Shown: piece by piece, positions 48,417-57,268 of the stretch
Layout: every line of letters begins with the position of its first letter
Position numbering within the stretch: the stretch's first letter is position 1
Source of the DNA: Deltaproteobacteria bacterium
GTDB taxonomy: Bacteria > Bdellovibrionota_B > Oligoflexia > Oligoflexales > CAIYRB01
DNA length: 64,000 nt
NCBI GenBank assembly: GCA_016874735.1
Contig: VGTI01000001.1
Span: forward strand, 212,466-276,465
Direction: 5' to 3'
Translations under genes and position numbers: made by a program
The notes under the pieces: model-generated
Seen by the model: the letters and a program-made list of their open reading frames with translations, nothing else
What the model was told of the DNA's origin: nothing
The model's database searches: none

Positions 48417-50179
48417 GCAGCTGCCATGAGATCAACCAGCGCCTGCGCAATCTCCCGTTTGATGGGAGCGGCAACGCTTAGCTTGTCGTGATCAGCCTTA
48501 AGATAGATAGTCGTGCGGTCACTCTTAACGAGATAGCTCACCCCAACGACACCAGGGTAAGTGTCAGTGAATCCTGAACACGCAAGTCCAGGACGCGCTC
48601 CAGGATGCGAGGTCGTGACGGTGCACGCGGTGATATCCTGCCACGGCGCTGCCATGATGCGATGGCGTCCACGCCAGTAGATTCCGTCCGACTTGAGGCT
48701 CAGTGGTCCCCAGGTGATGTTTGAGCTGAGTAAGGCCGTTAGATGCAGGACTGGGCTATGGCCCTTTTTGCACGCACGGATGCGGTCGCGGTGAGCCTCC
48801 TGCCCTGCGCTGATAAGACGACGTCGCTCGGTTTGATGGGCCTCACCAAACTCATGCACTAGCCGCGCCATGGCGGGCGTGAGAGTCAATATAGAGTCGT
48901 AGCGACCAGATTGGGTGTGGCGCATGTGCACGGCTTCGGTACTATTTATAAAGCGGCCAAACACTTTAAAACAGGCCATATGTATAGCTGCCTGCATGAT
49001 GAAGTCGGCATTAAGACCTAGCGCCTTAGCCTCTACTGTGCCTAGCTCCATCGCATCCCAAGTGTCGATGGCAAACTGCTCAGCCTCTGCATGGAGCATG
49101 GTTGCCGTGGTCGCGATGGTTTGAGCCAATTGATTGTCGATCTGCCATTTTATTGAGGCAAAATTAAGCGCCTTCCCCCCAACGCACGACGTCTCGAGCT
49201 CCGCGTTCAGATACTGGACATAACGTAGCGTCGGATGACCATCGAGGAATGAATGATCGCGATTAATACCCGCAGTCCCGTCACCAGTGACGATGAGCTG
49301 GTGACTTTTATCAAACCAGCGACTAGCGAAGTTACCCAAGATCAGGTGACGCATGGCTGCGGTACGATGCGTGCTCTGTTGATCCATATCCCCATTAAAG
49401 TCAAAATCTAGAGCCAGTAAAAATAGCGCCTCGTCCATGGAGCTCAGCGAACTCGCGTTGACTGCTGATGTGGCGAGTTGTCGCCGGATCATTGCCCATG
49501 ACGGGCGTGGTAACGCAGTCAGCAGGCCGACTTGGGCCTCCGTGTCTCTAGGTGATGCAACGATGCCCTGGAATGTTGCTACCAAATCCGCGCAGGTCGG
49601 CACGGTGTCGTCCAGGTCGATGCGGTAGAAATGACCTTGGTAAGCGACGACGAAGTGCCGTGCGTCCGGGACGTGAAGGCGCGCGTCTTTTAACTCACCT
49701 GGCAGACGACTGGTGCCGAAAAAGTAGGGATACTGTTCAGACTCCAGCAGATAACCAGACTCCACTTCAGGGGCCAGGGAATTAGTCTTTAGTTCCCTGT
49801 GAAACAGCAGTGCTCGTCGTGTGAGATTTGCTGCCCGCTCAACGGCAGAAATATTTTGATCCGGCTTCTCAAAGAGATAAGAAATATTGGAGAACAAAGC
49901 TAAGGACTCACGCCCGGTTAAGTAGGCGTCTGTCATCGTTTGATTCTGCCAATCGCGCGCGGCACCCTGTTTAAGAGTCGCACTACGCTCGATGATGGAT
50001 CTGGCGACGGTAAAGAAAATATCGCGTCGCCATCGATCTCCCAGAGACGTCTCAGCATAGCGCGCCGCATCACGAAGTTCGGCCAGAGTATCTTTTACTG
50101 GTGGCATTGGCCTCAGACTGAGCGGCTTTACGTCCACGGCGAAGTCCTTACTGGTGCGCGCAAAGCGCCAGCATACCAC
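48407..50179 (-). CDS. Choline/carnitine O-acyltransferase-family protein
   Basis: Family blocks LRPMPPVKDTL, FGTSRLPG, HFVVAYQGHFYRIDL, GLLTALPRPSWA and SRWFDKSHQLIV, with the catalytic-His motif DHSFLDG. Confidence 0.8.
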   Translation of the reverse strand: MVCWRFARTSKDFAVDVKPLSLRPMPPVKDTLAELRDAARYAETSLGDRWRRDIFFTVARSIIERSATLKQGAARDWQNQTMTDAYLTGRESLALFSNISYLFEKPDQNISAVERAANLTRRALLFHRELKTNSLAPEVESGYLLESEQYPYFFGTSRLPGELKDARLHVPDARHFVVAYQGHFYRIDLDDTVPTCADLVATFQGIVASPRDTEAQVGLLTALPRPSWAMIRRQLATSAVNASSLSSMDEALFLLALDFDFNGDMDQQSTHRTAAMRHLILGNFASRWFDKSHQLIVTGDGTAGINRDHSFLDGHPTLRYVQYLNAELETSCVGGKALNFASIKWQIDNQLAQTIATTATMLHAEAEQFAIDTWDAMELGTVEAKALGLNADFIMQAAIHMACFKVFGRFINSTEAVHMRHTQSGRYDSILTLTPAMARLVHEFGEAHQTERRRLISAGQEAHRDRIRACKKGHSPVLHLTALLSSNITWGPLSLKSDGIYWRGRHRIMAAPWQDITACTVTTSHPGARPGLACSGFTDTYPGVVGVSYLVKSDRTTIYLKADHDKLSVAAPIKREIAQALVDLMAAARS

Positions 50180-50186
50180 AACGGAC

Positions 50187-51098
50187 TTAGTTGGCTAGGG
50201 ACTGCCTTGCGGTTTGATGATCGGTTTGATGATCAGCTACCTGGTGTGATGCGGGAGCAGGACGCCAGGCTGGCCCTTTAAAGGCATACTTGATGGCGAC
50301 ACTAAAGCTACCGGCGTCGCGCATGTCGCGCAGCAAAAGCGCGGTCTCGTGAAAATTGATCACGAACGGGTTATAGGAATTAAGCGGCTTAGTGAGCCCA
50401 AAGCGCACCGGCACCTCTTTCAACTCAGCTTGATAGGTGCCAAAAAGGCGGTCCCATATCATCAAAATGCCACCGTGGTTTTTATCAAGATAGGACTCGT
50501 TGGCAGCGTGATGCACACGGTGGTTGCTTGGACTATTAAAATAATGGTCAAACCAACCCAAGTGCCCAACCGATTCCACGTGGATCCAGTACTGATAGAG
50601 CAACACCAGATATTTGCTGATCGCCAGCAACACAGGATCCATCCCGAGCAAAACCAGTGGCACATAAAATAGCAAATCACCTAAGATCCCAATCCACGGC
50701 AGCCTAACCGCTGTAGATAGGTTGTACTCCTTGGAGCTGTGATGGACGGAGTGATAAGTCCAAAACAGTCTGATCTCGTGAGAGAGACGATGGTTCCAGT
50801 AGTAGAGGAGGTCGGCCACAACAAAGGTTAGTAGGGCTGTCCACCAGTTAAGAGGCAGCTTCAGTGGGGCCCATTGGGCTACGTGAGTCAGCACTGTCAC
50901 CAAAACTGTGCCCGTTAGGAGCCAGTTCAGTGGGCGGTTGATGGCCCAGATGGCCAGGTTAGCCAAAGTTTCTTTGCGGTCGCGCTGTTTGCTCCGTAGC
51001 GCTAAAGTCACCACAAACTCGAGCAAAGCGATGCTAACTACGATGTAGGGAGAATACTCAAGAAAAGATTGGATCGTATGCATGACCATAGCTCCCAA
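50187..51098 (-). CDS. Fatty-acid hydroxylase / sterol desaturase superfamily membrane protein
   Basis: Three His boxes: HRLSHE, HSVHHS, HRVHH. Four to five TM helices. Confidence 0.85.
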   Translation of the reverse strand: MGAMVMHTIQSFLEYSPYIVVSIALLEFVVTLALRSKQRDRKETLANLAIWAINRPLNWLLTGTVLVTVLTHVAQWAPLKLPLNWWTALLTFVVADLLYYWNHRLSHEIRLFWTYHSVHHSSKEYNLSTAVRLPWIGILGDLLFYVPLVLLGMDPVLLAISKYLVLLYQYWIHVESVGHLGWFDHYFNSPSNHRVHHAANESYLDKNHGGILMIWDRLFGTYQAELKEVPVRFGLTKPLNSYNPFVINFHETALLLRDMRDAGSFSVAIKYAFKGPAWRPAPASHQVADHQTDHQTARQSLAN

Positions 51099-51145
51099 AG
51101 CTCTTTAGATGGGGTCTGGGCGACAACACCGCCCATAAATTAAGC

Positions 51146-51182
51146 TTAATCACTTGATTGAATTTGTCAATCAAGTGATTAA
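51146..51182. promoter_or_regulatory. Palindromic operator candidate between the hydroxylase operon and the tetR gene
   Basis: TTAATCACTTGATTGA-ATTTG-TCAATCAAGTGATTAA: perfect 16-bp arms with a 5-nt spacer. Confidence 0.6.
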
Positions 51183-51218
51183 TAAATTTACTCAACATAC
51201 TGTAATAACGGGTAAAAA

Positions 51219-51866
51219 GTGCCGAAGACTAGATCTAGACGCGCCTCCAAGGTGCGATCAGCCGCTGACTCTAAACAGGTTCTTATTGATGCGGCGATTA
51301 AGTTATTTGCCGAGCGCGGCTTTGACGGGACTACCACCCGTGACATTGCTGACGCCAGTGGGCTCAATATCAGTCTGATCTCGTATTACTTCGGCGGTAA
51401 AGACGGACTCCTACAGGCCGCTCTCGAGTATATCGAGAGCTATCTCAATAAACCTGAGTTACTCCAAATCACTCCAGATCGGACGCGTTACTTTGAGGGG
51501 TGGCGTCATTTTATCGCCGATTTTATGCGCTCCCATGTCGCTAATCCAAACATGCACCGCTTGGTGCAGCGCGAGCAGGAGCGCGATAGCCTCATCTTTA
51601 AGACCATGGTGCAGCAACGCTACGCACCCTGGTATAAGCGCATCATGACCTATATCGAGCATGGGCAATCATCAGGCTGGTTAAAACCTCACCTCAATCC
51701 AAGTACCGTCGCCCTAGCAATCCACGGAGCTATGGTGCAGCAAGTGCGGCTTGATGTCTTTCTCCATCAACTCCGGGGGCAAACACTCAAGGATTCGGCG
51801 CACCTTGAGGCGGTAATCGAGGATCTCTGCGCGATTTTACTCGCGGGAGTTGAGGGGAGCGGATGA
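51219..51866 (+). CDS. TetR/AcrR-family transcriptional regulator
   Basis: LIDAAIKLFAERGFDGTTTRDIADASGLNISLISYYFGGKDGL is a canonical TetR HTH. Confidence 0.9.
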   Translation: MPKTRSRRASKVRSAADSKQVLIDAAIKLFAERGFDGTTTRDIADASGLNISLISYYFGGKDGLLQAALEYIESYLNKPELLQITPDRTRYFEGWRHFIADFMRSHVANPNMHRLVQREQERDSLIFKTMVQQRYAPWYKRIMTYIEHGQSSGWLKPHLNPSTVALAIHGAMVQQVRLDVFLHQLRGQTLKDSAHLEAVIEDLCAILLAGVEGSG

Positions 51867-51885
51867 TGGCAAGTGAGGTGCGTCT

Positions 51886-52961
51886 GTCCTCCGCTGACAT
51901 GACAGCGCCGCAATGGAGATGTCAGCCTCGTATTTAGTTGTGCCATCCTCTGTAGTTAAACACTATCGCTCTCACTGACACCTGCATGTCTTTGGTATTT
52001 TGCAATGTAATCCTTCATCTTCGGCTCCTGAGGGCGAAGGAGCTACCTAATGGATTTACTAGATCCCAAAAACGATGCGGTATTTAAATACATGCTGGCG
52101 GGTGATGATACTGAAGATCTGCGGATCAGTTTACTGACGGCGATCTTGAGACCAGAGTCACCGATCGTAACAGCGACGGTAAAAAACCCGCATCTGCCAA
52201 AAAAGCATATCCGCGATAAAGATACGGTGCTCGATATCCTGATGGAGCTCAGTGACGGTAGACTTGTCGACTTAGAGATGCAGATGGCATGGCGGTCATA
52301 TATCCCGGAGCGCGCGTATTACTACGGCAGTCGTGTGATCAACGCGCAGCTGAGTCGTGGTCAGCGCTACCAAAGCCTGAAGCCGGTCTCGACTATATTC
52401 TTGCTCAATGCCATCGGATTCCCTGAGGCGCCAGCGGACCACGGCCACTATGTGTTTAGCATGAAAGAGCAGTCTAACCTGGCTCAGCTGCCACCGCTAT
52501 TTACCATGCACTTTGTCGAGATTCCCAAAATCATCCGCAACTTGCCAGCCGCCCTTCACTCGCAAGAAGACTTGGCTTTGGCACTTTGGTGCAAATTTTT
52601 GTATAGTCCTCATCAATTAGGACTCGCAGGACTCGACGAGGTGATAGCCACCATGCCAGCACTGAAGAAAGCCAAAAAAAAGCTAGAGGAAATCTCCGCC
52701 GACGAGGAGAAGCGGGAGATAGCCCGCATGCGCGAGCGCGGTCGTCGTGACTACGAGAGTGATCTCGAGTACGCACTGACACGCGGTAGGGCTGAGGGTA
52801 TAGCAGAGGGTGAAGCAAGGGGCAGAGCAGAGGGTGAACGAGCAGCAAAGATCACACTGCTTCATGGGCTACTCGGCAATGTTGCTACATCGGGATTATC
52901 AAGTAAGGAGCTTGCGACTCTTTGCGGACTGAGTGTGGACGAGGTTGAGAACCTGCGCGCT
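51886..52961 (+). repeat. Direct repeat copy A (~1.1 kb: leader plus most of the rpn-like gene)
   Basis: Aligns by eye with 57269-58369. Similarity starts near ...CTGACATGA and ends at ...CTGCGCGCT, inside the last ~12 codons. Confidence 0.85.
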
Positions 52962-52997
52962 GACTCAACTGCTGCGTCTAGTATATTTAAACCTTAA
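52050..52997 (+). CDS. Rpn-family recombination-promoting nuclease / putative transposase (PD-(D/E)XK), copy 1
   Basis: LDPKNDAVFKYML..., DTVLDILMEL...GRLVDLEMQ (D...D-x-E-x-Q nuclease core), RAYYYGSRV, FVEIPK and a C-terminal RAEGIAEGEARGRAEG repeat. Confidence 0.85.
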   Translation: MDLLDPKNDAVFKYMLAGDDTEDLRISLLTAILRPESPIVTATVKNPHLPKKHIRDKDTVLDILMELSDGRLVDLEMQMAWRSYIPERAYYYGSRVINAQLSRGQRYQSLKPVSTIFLLNAIGFPEAPADHGHYVFSMKEQSNLAQLPPLFTMHFVEIPKIIRNLPAALHSQEDLALALWCKFLYSPHQLGLAGLDEVIATMPALKKAKKKLEEISADEEKREIARMRERGRRDYESDLEYALTRGRAEGIAEGEARGRAEGERAAKITLLHGLLGNVATSGLSSKELATLCGLSVDEVENLRADSTAASSIFKP

Positions 52998-53606
52998 ACA
53001 CCCCGCGAGAACTCTCCAATTTTTTTGATGAAAATAAATAGGGAGCTGTTTGTTCCTGCTAAAAATCCCGCATAATTGCCAAGATCTTCGACAGAGATCA
53101 GGTGCCCACAGGTTCCGAAACTGCACACGTAACCATCCCTTGAGACTCATCATTAAGCGGCGTTAAGTTGCGCAATGCATGGCATAAAATATCCGCTATC
53201 CGCTAGGCAGGCGTGTCATGCCCATGTCAACTAAGACTCTCATCAATATTGGCACTATTTTCGCATTACATGTTATAGTGATGGCAAGGGCGCCAGGCTG
53301 CGCTCAGGCATTAGTCACTGTCGTATAACTGTACAAAAGCCACTAAAAGATAGTGTGCGCTGGTGCTTGCGACAAAAAATCCTCCGAAAAACCAGTAAAC
53401 TGAAAAATGCTTAGGCATCTTTCGGTGGCACTGTATTTGCCATTTTCTGGGGTCGAAGAACCGCCTCGCAGGCAATCGTAATGTGCCTAAAATCTCGCAT
53501 GTTGCGTGGGTTGAAAGGCTGTCAGAAAAATCCGGGCATGAGAGTTGGCGCGGAAATCGCACAGCGGAATCCATGCAGCGCAAATCCTTTTTTTAACGGA
53601 GACAGC

Positions 53607-55007
53607 ATGCGAACCATTTCTATGGGTAGAACTCGTTTGAACGAGTCTCGAGTCAGGAACCTCTTAGGTCATGTGAGCTTATCTAGGTCCAAAAAATCGG
53701 CGCACGGTCGGAGAGGATTACTGGTTTCGTCGATATTAGCAACTGTGTTTATCACATCGATTATACCAGGATGTTCCGTAAACAAGGCCGAATTCGGATC
53801 AGAAGTAAAAGCATCTGAAGAGTCAATGGCGGTTTTTGGAGGATACGAAAGCGTAAAAGGTTCGGCTGAATTTAAGCAGGCTCTTGAGAATGTCATAAAG
53901 GCAAAAATTCAAGATAGAGACTCTGACGCAATGAGTATAAAGATCAATGATACCGTGTTTCCCGACTACGTCAGAACCTTGAAGAGTCAGACACGTATCC
54001 TGGGGCGAGATCCTAATAAAGACTTGCCGTCAAATTTTACGAGAAAAAAACTCCACAAATTAATTGAGAACGATCCAGTTAGTGCGATTGACTTTGAGTT
54101 AAACAGACAGATCTTGTTAGCACAGCTGGCGGCAGGTCAAGATAAGTCTAGGCTGCAGAAGGCTTTGAGTCAGTTTACGTACAAGCAGCATCTGCAAGCT
54201 GCTCGAGCTGGAGAACTGATAGTGGCGATGGGCGCCTTAGCGGCTGGCTCAGATAAGAAACGCGCTGAGCTCGGTCTTCTCGACTGGTCTAAAGCTATCG
54301 CAGCAGGATCGGAGTTCGCTACTGCACTACTTAAATTTTTTCCTACCGACAAGGATAGAGCAGAAGTCGATGAAAAAAAGGTAAAAACTGCGATAGCTGC
54401 GCTTGATGCCAGTATGAGAAATCTGTATCAACAAGCAGTTAATAATTGCATAATTGATTCAGGCGGTATCATGAACCCAGTCCAAAACTATAATGTTTGC
54501 AGCGGGAAGGCTGGGGCGAATTCATTGCCGCCGACTTTGCAGAGCACACGAGGCATGGCGACCCTGGATGACGTGGTCGGCCGTGAGTGCACTCATGGTA
54601 TCGCGCGTGACTACGTTTCGTTTCCAGATGAAAAGCCTTGGCAAACTGAATGGGGGAGACACGAACCGCGTCATCGTGAAATGTTAGCAGCGAGTGGCAT
54701 CAATATTCCAGATAATTTAGAGGCGACAAGTAAGGTCCCTCAATATGGTAATAGTACTAACGGATGTCAGGATTACACTTACTATTGCACGTGTTCTTTC
54801 GGTTGGGATTACAAAACTATCAGGAAGGCCGGAAATTTTCATGATTTTTGGTGGAAATTCGGCGACTCCGATGGTGGAGCGGCAAAAGGTTGTGGATGGC
54901 ACTTTAGTAATTCGAATAAGGCGCCGGAAGCCACATCCAGTGGCGAAAAGCCGTGTGAGAGTCAGGCTGTTACTTTTCTGGCCAACCAAATAAAGGCAGG
55001 TAAATGA
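53607..55007 (+). CDS. Orphan lipoprotein with a Cys/Trp-rich C-terminal region
   Basis: GGAGA RBS before the ATG at 53607. Long n-region, then LLVSSILATVFITSIIPGC lipobox. The C-terminal ~150 aa has 8 Cys and several W/Y/F. No family recognised. The gene is more AT-rich than its surroundings. Confidence 0.6.
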   Translation: MRTISMGRTRLNESRVRNLLGHVSLSRSKKSAHGRRGLLVSSILATVFITSIIPGCSVNKAEFGSEVKASEESMAVFGGYESVKGSAEFKQALENVIKAKIQDRDSDAMSIKINDTVFPDYVRTLKSQTRILGRDPNKDLPSNFTRKKLHKLIENDPVSAIDFELNRQILLAQLAAGQDKSRLQKALSQFTYKQHLQAARAGELIVAMGALAAGSDKKRAELGLLDWSKAIAAGSEFATALLKFFPTDKDRAEVDEKKVKTAIAALDASMRNLYQQAVNNCIIDSGGIMNPVQNYNVCSGKAGANSLPPTLQSTRGMATLDDVVGRECTHGIARDYVSFPDEKPWQTEWGRHEPRHREMLAASGINIPDNLEATSKVPQYGNSTNGCQDYTYYCTCSFGWDYKTIRKAGNFHDFWWKFGDSDGGAAKGCGWHFSNSNKAPEATSSGEKPCESQAVTFLANQIKAGK

Positions 55008-55086
55008 ACGAATTCGGAAGAATTTGGAAAAAAATGATCTCAAAAGTAACTCTTGAATTGCCTATCATTTAAAACAAAAATTACTT

Positions 55087-55122
55087 TACCCCACGTCGAT
55101 GATCCAAAAATCGAGTGGGGTA
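55087..55122. terminator. Bidirectional terminator-like hairpin
   Basis: TACCCCACGTCGAT...ATCGAGTGGGGTA has a long imperfect stem with A/T runs on both sides. It lies between convergent genes. Confidence 0.5.
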
Positions 55123-55139
55123 TCATAATGTAGTTTATT

Positions 55140-55740
55140 TTACCACCAGTGATTTTCAAACCCATTAACCGTAAATCGCTCATCAACGGCCAAAGTTTGT
55201 CCTGTGATATAGGATGCGGCGGGTAGACAAAGAAACGCAACTACGCTGGCGACTTCTTCCGGTGTCCCGACTCTCCGTAGCGGAGTGCGCGTAATGTTCT
55301 TCTGATGGTCGATCTCGCTGGAAAGGACCGTCTCAGTCAGGGGCGTTTCGATAAACCATGGTGCGACGCAATTGACTCTGATGCTGTCGCGTGCCCAATC
55401 GGTAGATATGTTCTTGGTCATTTGAATCATCGCGGCTTTAGTCATGTCATAAGGTTTGCCAGTCTGGAGGGCGGAGAGTCCAGCAACAGACGAAATATGG
55501 ACCATTGAGCTTTGCTTACTTTGTTTAAGGTAGAGCTGAGCTAGCCGACTAAGTTCAAAGGTACTCGTGAGATTGGTGGCGAAGATCTTCTCGATAAACG
55601 GCTCCGATAAAATGCCTCCGACACATCCAGGATATGAGTATTCAGACTAAAGCCTTGCGCATCAGCCTCATCGCCCAAACTCGCTAACTGATCCTACATC
55701 ATCCCGGTCATGCCGCCCGGCGGACCGCAGGTGAATGAGT
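55140..55740 (-). pseudogene. Decayed short-chain dehydrogenase/reductase (tropinone-reductase-like) pseudogene
   Basis: The C-terminal half is intact (ISSVAG...Y..TKAA...[14 protein letters not shown]...ASYITGQ). Upstream homology (GGMTGMM*DQLASLG, then [12 protein letters not shown]) sits in another frame, with an in-frame stop and missing segments. Confidence 0.75.
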
Positions 55741-56040
55741 TTTGGTAGCAGCAAGTGTGGTATTGTATTTACAGGTAGTTGAGACAAAAATTTTGGGAGT
55801 ATTCGACGTACTTTTTGGCGCGGCTAACTTCTCTGGGCGTTTATCAGTGACTTGGCCCAGGGATATGAGCCAAGTTCCCGTTAGTGCCGCTACGGATCCG
55901 CTCTTCCCCTAAGGTTTCGGTCTTAGTTACTGAGCAATGGGAGAGCAGCCTTAGTCGCGATCCTCTAATATCATCTTGTCGAATCCTAATGCTAAAGTTG
56001 AGCCGTCTTATTCTTTATGGGCTAATGGCTACTAGGCTCA

Positions 56041-57210
56041 CTAAAGCGCGATCTCCTGCAATGCCTGCTGCCATGGCCACACTTCTACATTACCTATCTG
56101 GAGCTTTTCAGCCCCCTGATAAGCGATGATGGAACGATGCGGTTTGCCGTAAAATTTGGCAAAACTGGCGAGGCCACTTAGGTCCGAGGGTCCAATATTC
56201 CGAGTAGCCTTTATTTCGAGAGCTATGGTGCTGTTCGGATGTTCGATGATTAGGTCAACCTCTGCACCATGCTCGGTCCTATAGCTAGAAAGTCGCATGC
56301 CCATAAGATCCTTCGCTGCGATGCTATGAATGCACTGCGTGACAACCAAAGTTTCAAAAAGTTGACCTTTGCGATCATCACTGACCGTGAAATTCCCGAG
56401 TAAGCCGTTTAATACTCCCGTATCGAAGAAAAAATACCGGGGGTGTTGCACGAGTCGAGTCCGTGTCGACTTTGCGAAGGCATTGATTCGGTGCACAATC
56501 AACGTATCGTCAAGGATGTCAAAATAGCGGCGCGCGGTCTGATGATTGATCTGTGCCTGTGAGGCCAGTTTTTGAATGTCGAGAAATTGGTTGGACGTGA
56601 CGGCTGCGAACTTTAAAAATCTGGCAAAGCCTTCGATGTTTCTCGTTAAGGCCTCGGCTTGGATCTCTTCTTTTAAATACGTGGCAGCATAGGACAAAAG
56701 AGTCTTCATCTTGTCTTTGCTGCTTGGCTCCGTGTAAATTCCCGGTAGCGACCCAAAGGCCATGAGCGCATGCTCGTCAGCGACATAGTCCAGCTCGGCA
56801 GAGACTAAAGGACCAAGCGTGAACGTGTGGATTCGCCCCGGCAGCAAATTGGCCTGACCCCGCCTGAGTTTGCGAGCGCTTGATCCAGTTAGGATGAAAC
56901 GCAGCCCACGTCCTTCGTCCAAAATTTTCTGAATGGTGTTAAGAAGACTAGGTAAGCGTTGGATCTCATCAATAAAGACCTCTTGCTTACCAACCCTAGC
57001 ACCCAAGACCTTTTCGAGGCGTCTGGGATCAGCGGCAAAGTCCAGGTAAGTGCCTTCGTCGGCCAAATTAATCTGCATCGCAGCAGGGAAGATCGCCTTG
57101 AGTAGTGTGGACTTGCCAGTCTGACGCGGCCCGAGAAGGAGCATGCTTTTGGATGTGGTTGTGAGCTCGTTGCTAAGGCATCTAGCGACAAAAGACATCA
57201 TAATTCTCAA
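56041..57210 (-). CDS. AAA-type ATPase with a DUF4143-like C-terminal domain
   Basis: Walker A LLLGPRQTGKST and Walker B VFIDEIQ. The C-terminal part resembles the restriction-endonuclease-like DUF4143 architecture common in COG1373 proteins. Confidence 0.8.
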   Translation of the reverse strand: MRIMMSFVARCLSNELTTTSKSMLLLGPRQTGKSTLLKAIFPAAMQINLADEGTYLDFAADPRRLEKVLGARVGKQEVFIDEIQRLPSLLNTIQKILDEGRGLRFILTGSSARKLRRGQANLLPGRIHTFTLGPLVSAELDYVADEHALMAFGSLPGIYTEPSSKDKMKTLLSYAATYLKEEIQAEALTRNIEGFARFLKFAAVTSNQFLDIQKLASQAQINHQTARRYFDILDDTLIVHRINAFAKSTRTRLVQHPRYFFFDTGVLNGLLGNFTVSDDRKGQLFETLVVTQCIHSIAAKDLMGMRLSSYRTEHGAEVDLIIEHPNSTIALEIKATRNIGPSDLSGLASFAKFYGKPHRSIIAYQGAEKLQIGNVEVWPWQQALQEIAL

Positions 57211-57235
57211 TGGTTATTGTGTAAAAATACCTAGT

Positions 57236-57260
57236 GTTGATAATACGCGGTATTATCAAC
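57236..57260. promoter_or_regulatory. Palindrome in the ATPase gene's upstream region
   Basis: GTTGATAATAC-GCG-GTATTATCAAC: 11-bp perfect arms, 26-50 nt upstream of the ATG at 57210. Confidence 0.4.
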
Positions 57261-57268
57261 GCATGTCA

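Noticed and set aside
53311-53583. A 90-aa minus-strand ORF in the 600-bp gap after rpn copy 1. Its last 35 aa (MPKHFSVYWFFGGFFVASTSAHYLLVAFVQLYDSD) resemble a small hydrophobic type-I-toxin-like peptide.
   Set aside because: It has only a weak RBS-like sequence and no recognisable antisense RNA or promoter pair. It overlaps the untranslated leader of the lipoprotein gene. It cannot be supported from sequence alone.
55884-56129. An 81-aa plus-strand ORF between the SDR remnant and the ATPase gene.
   Set aside because: It overlaps the 3' end of the well-supported ATPase gene on the opposite strand, and it has no motifs or RBS.
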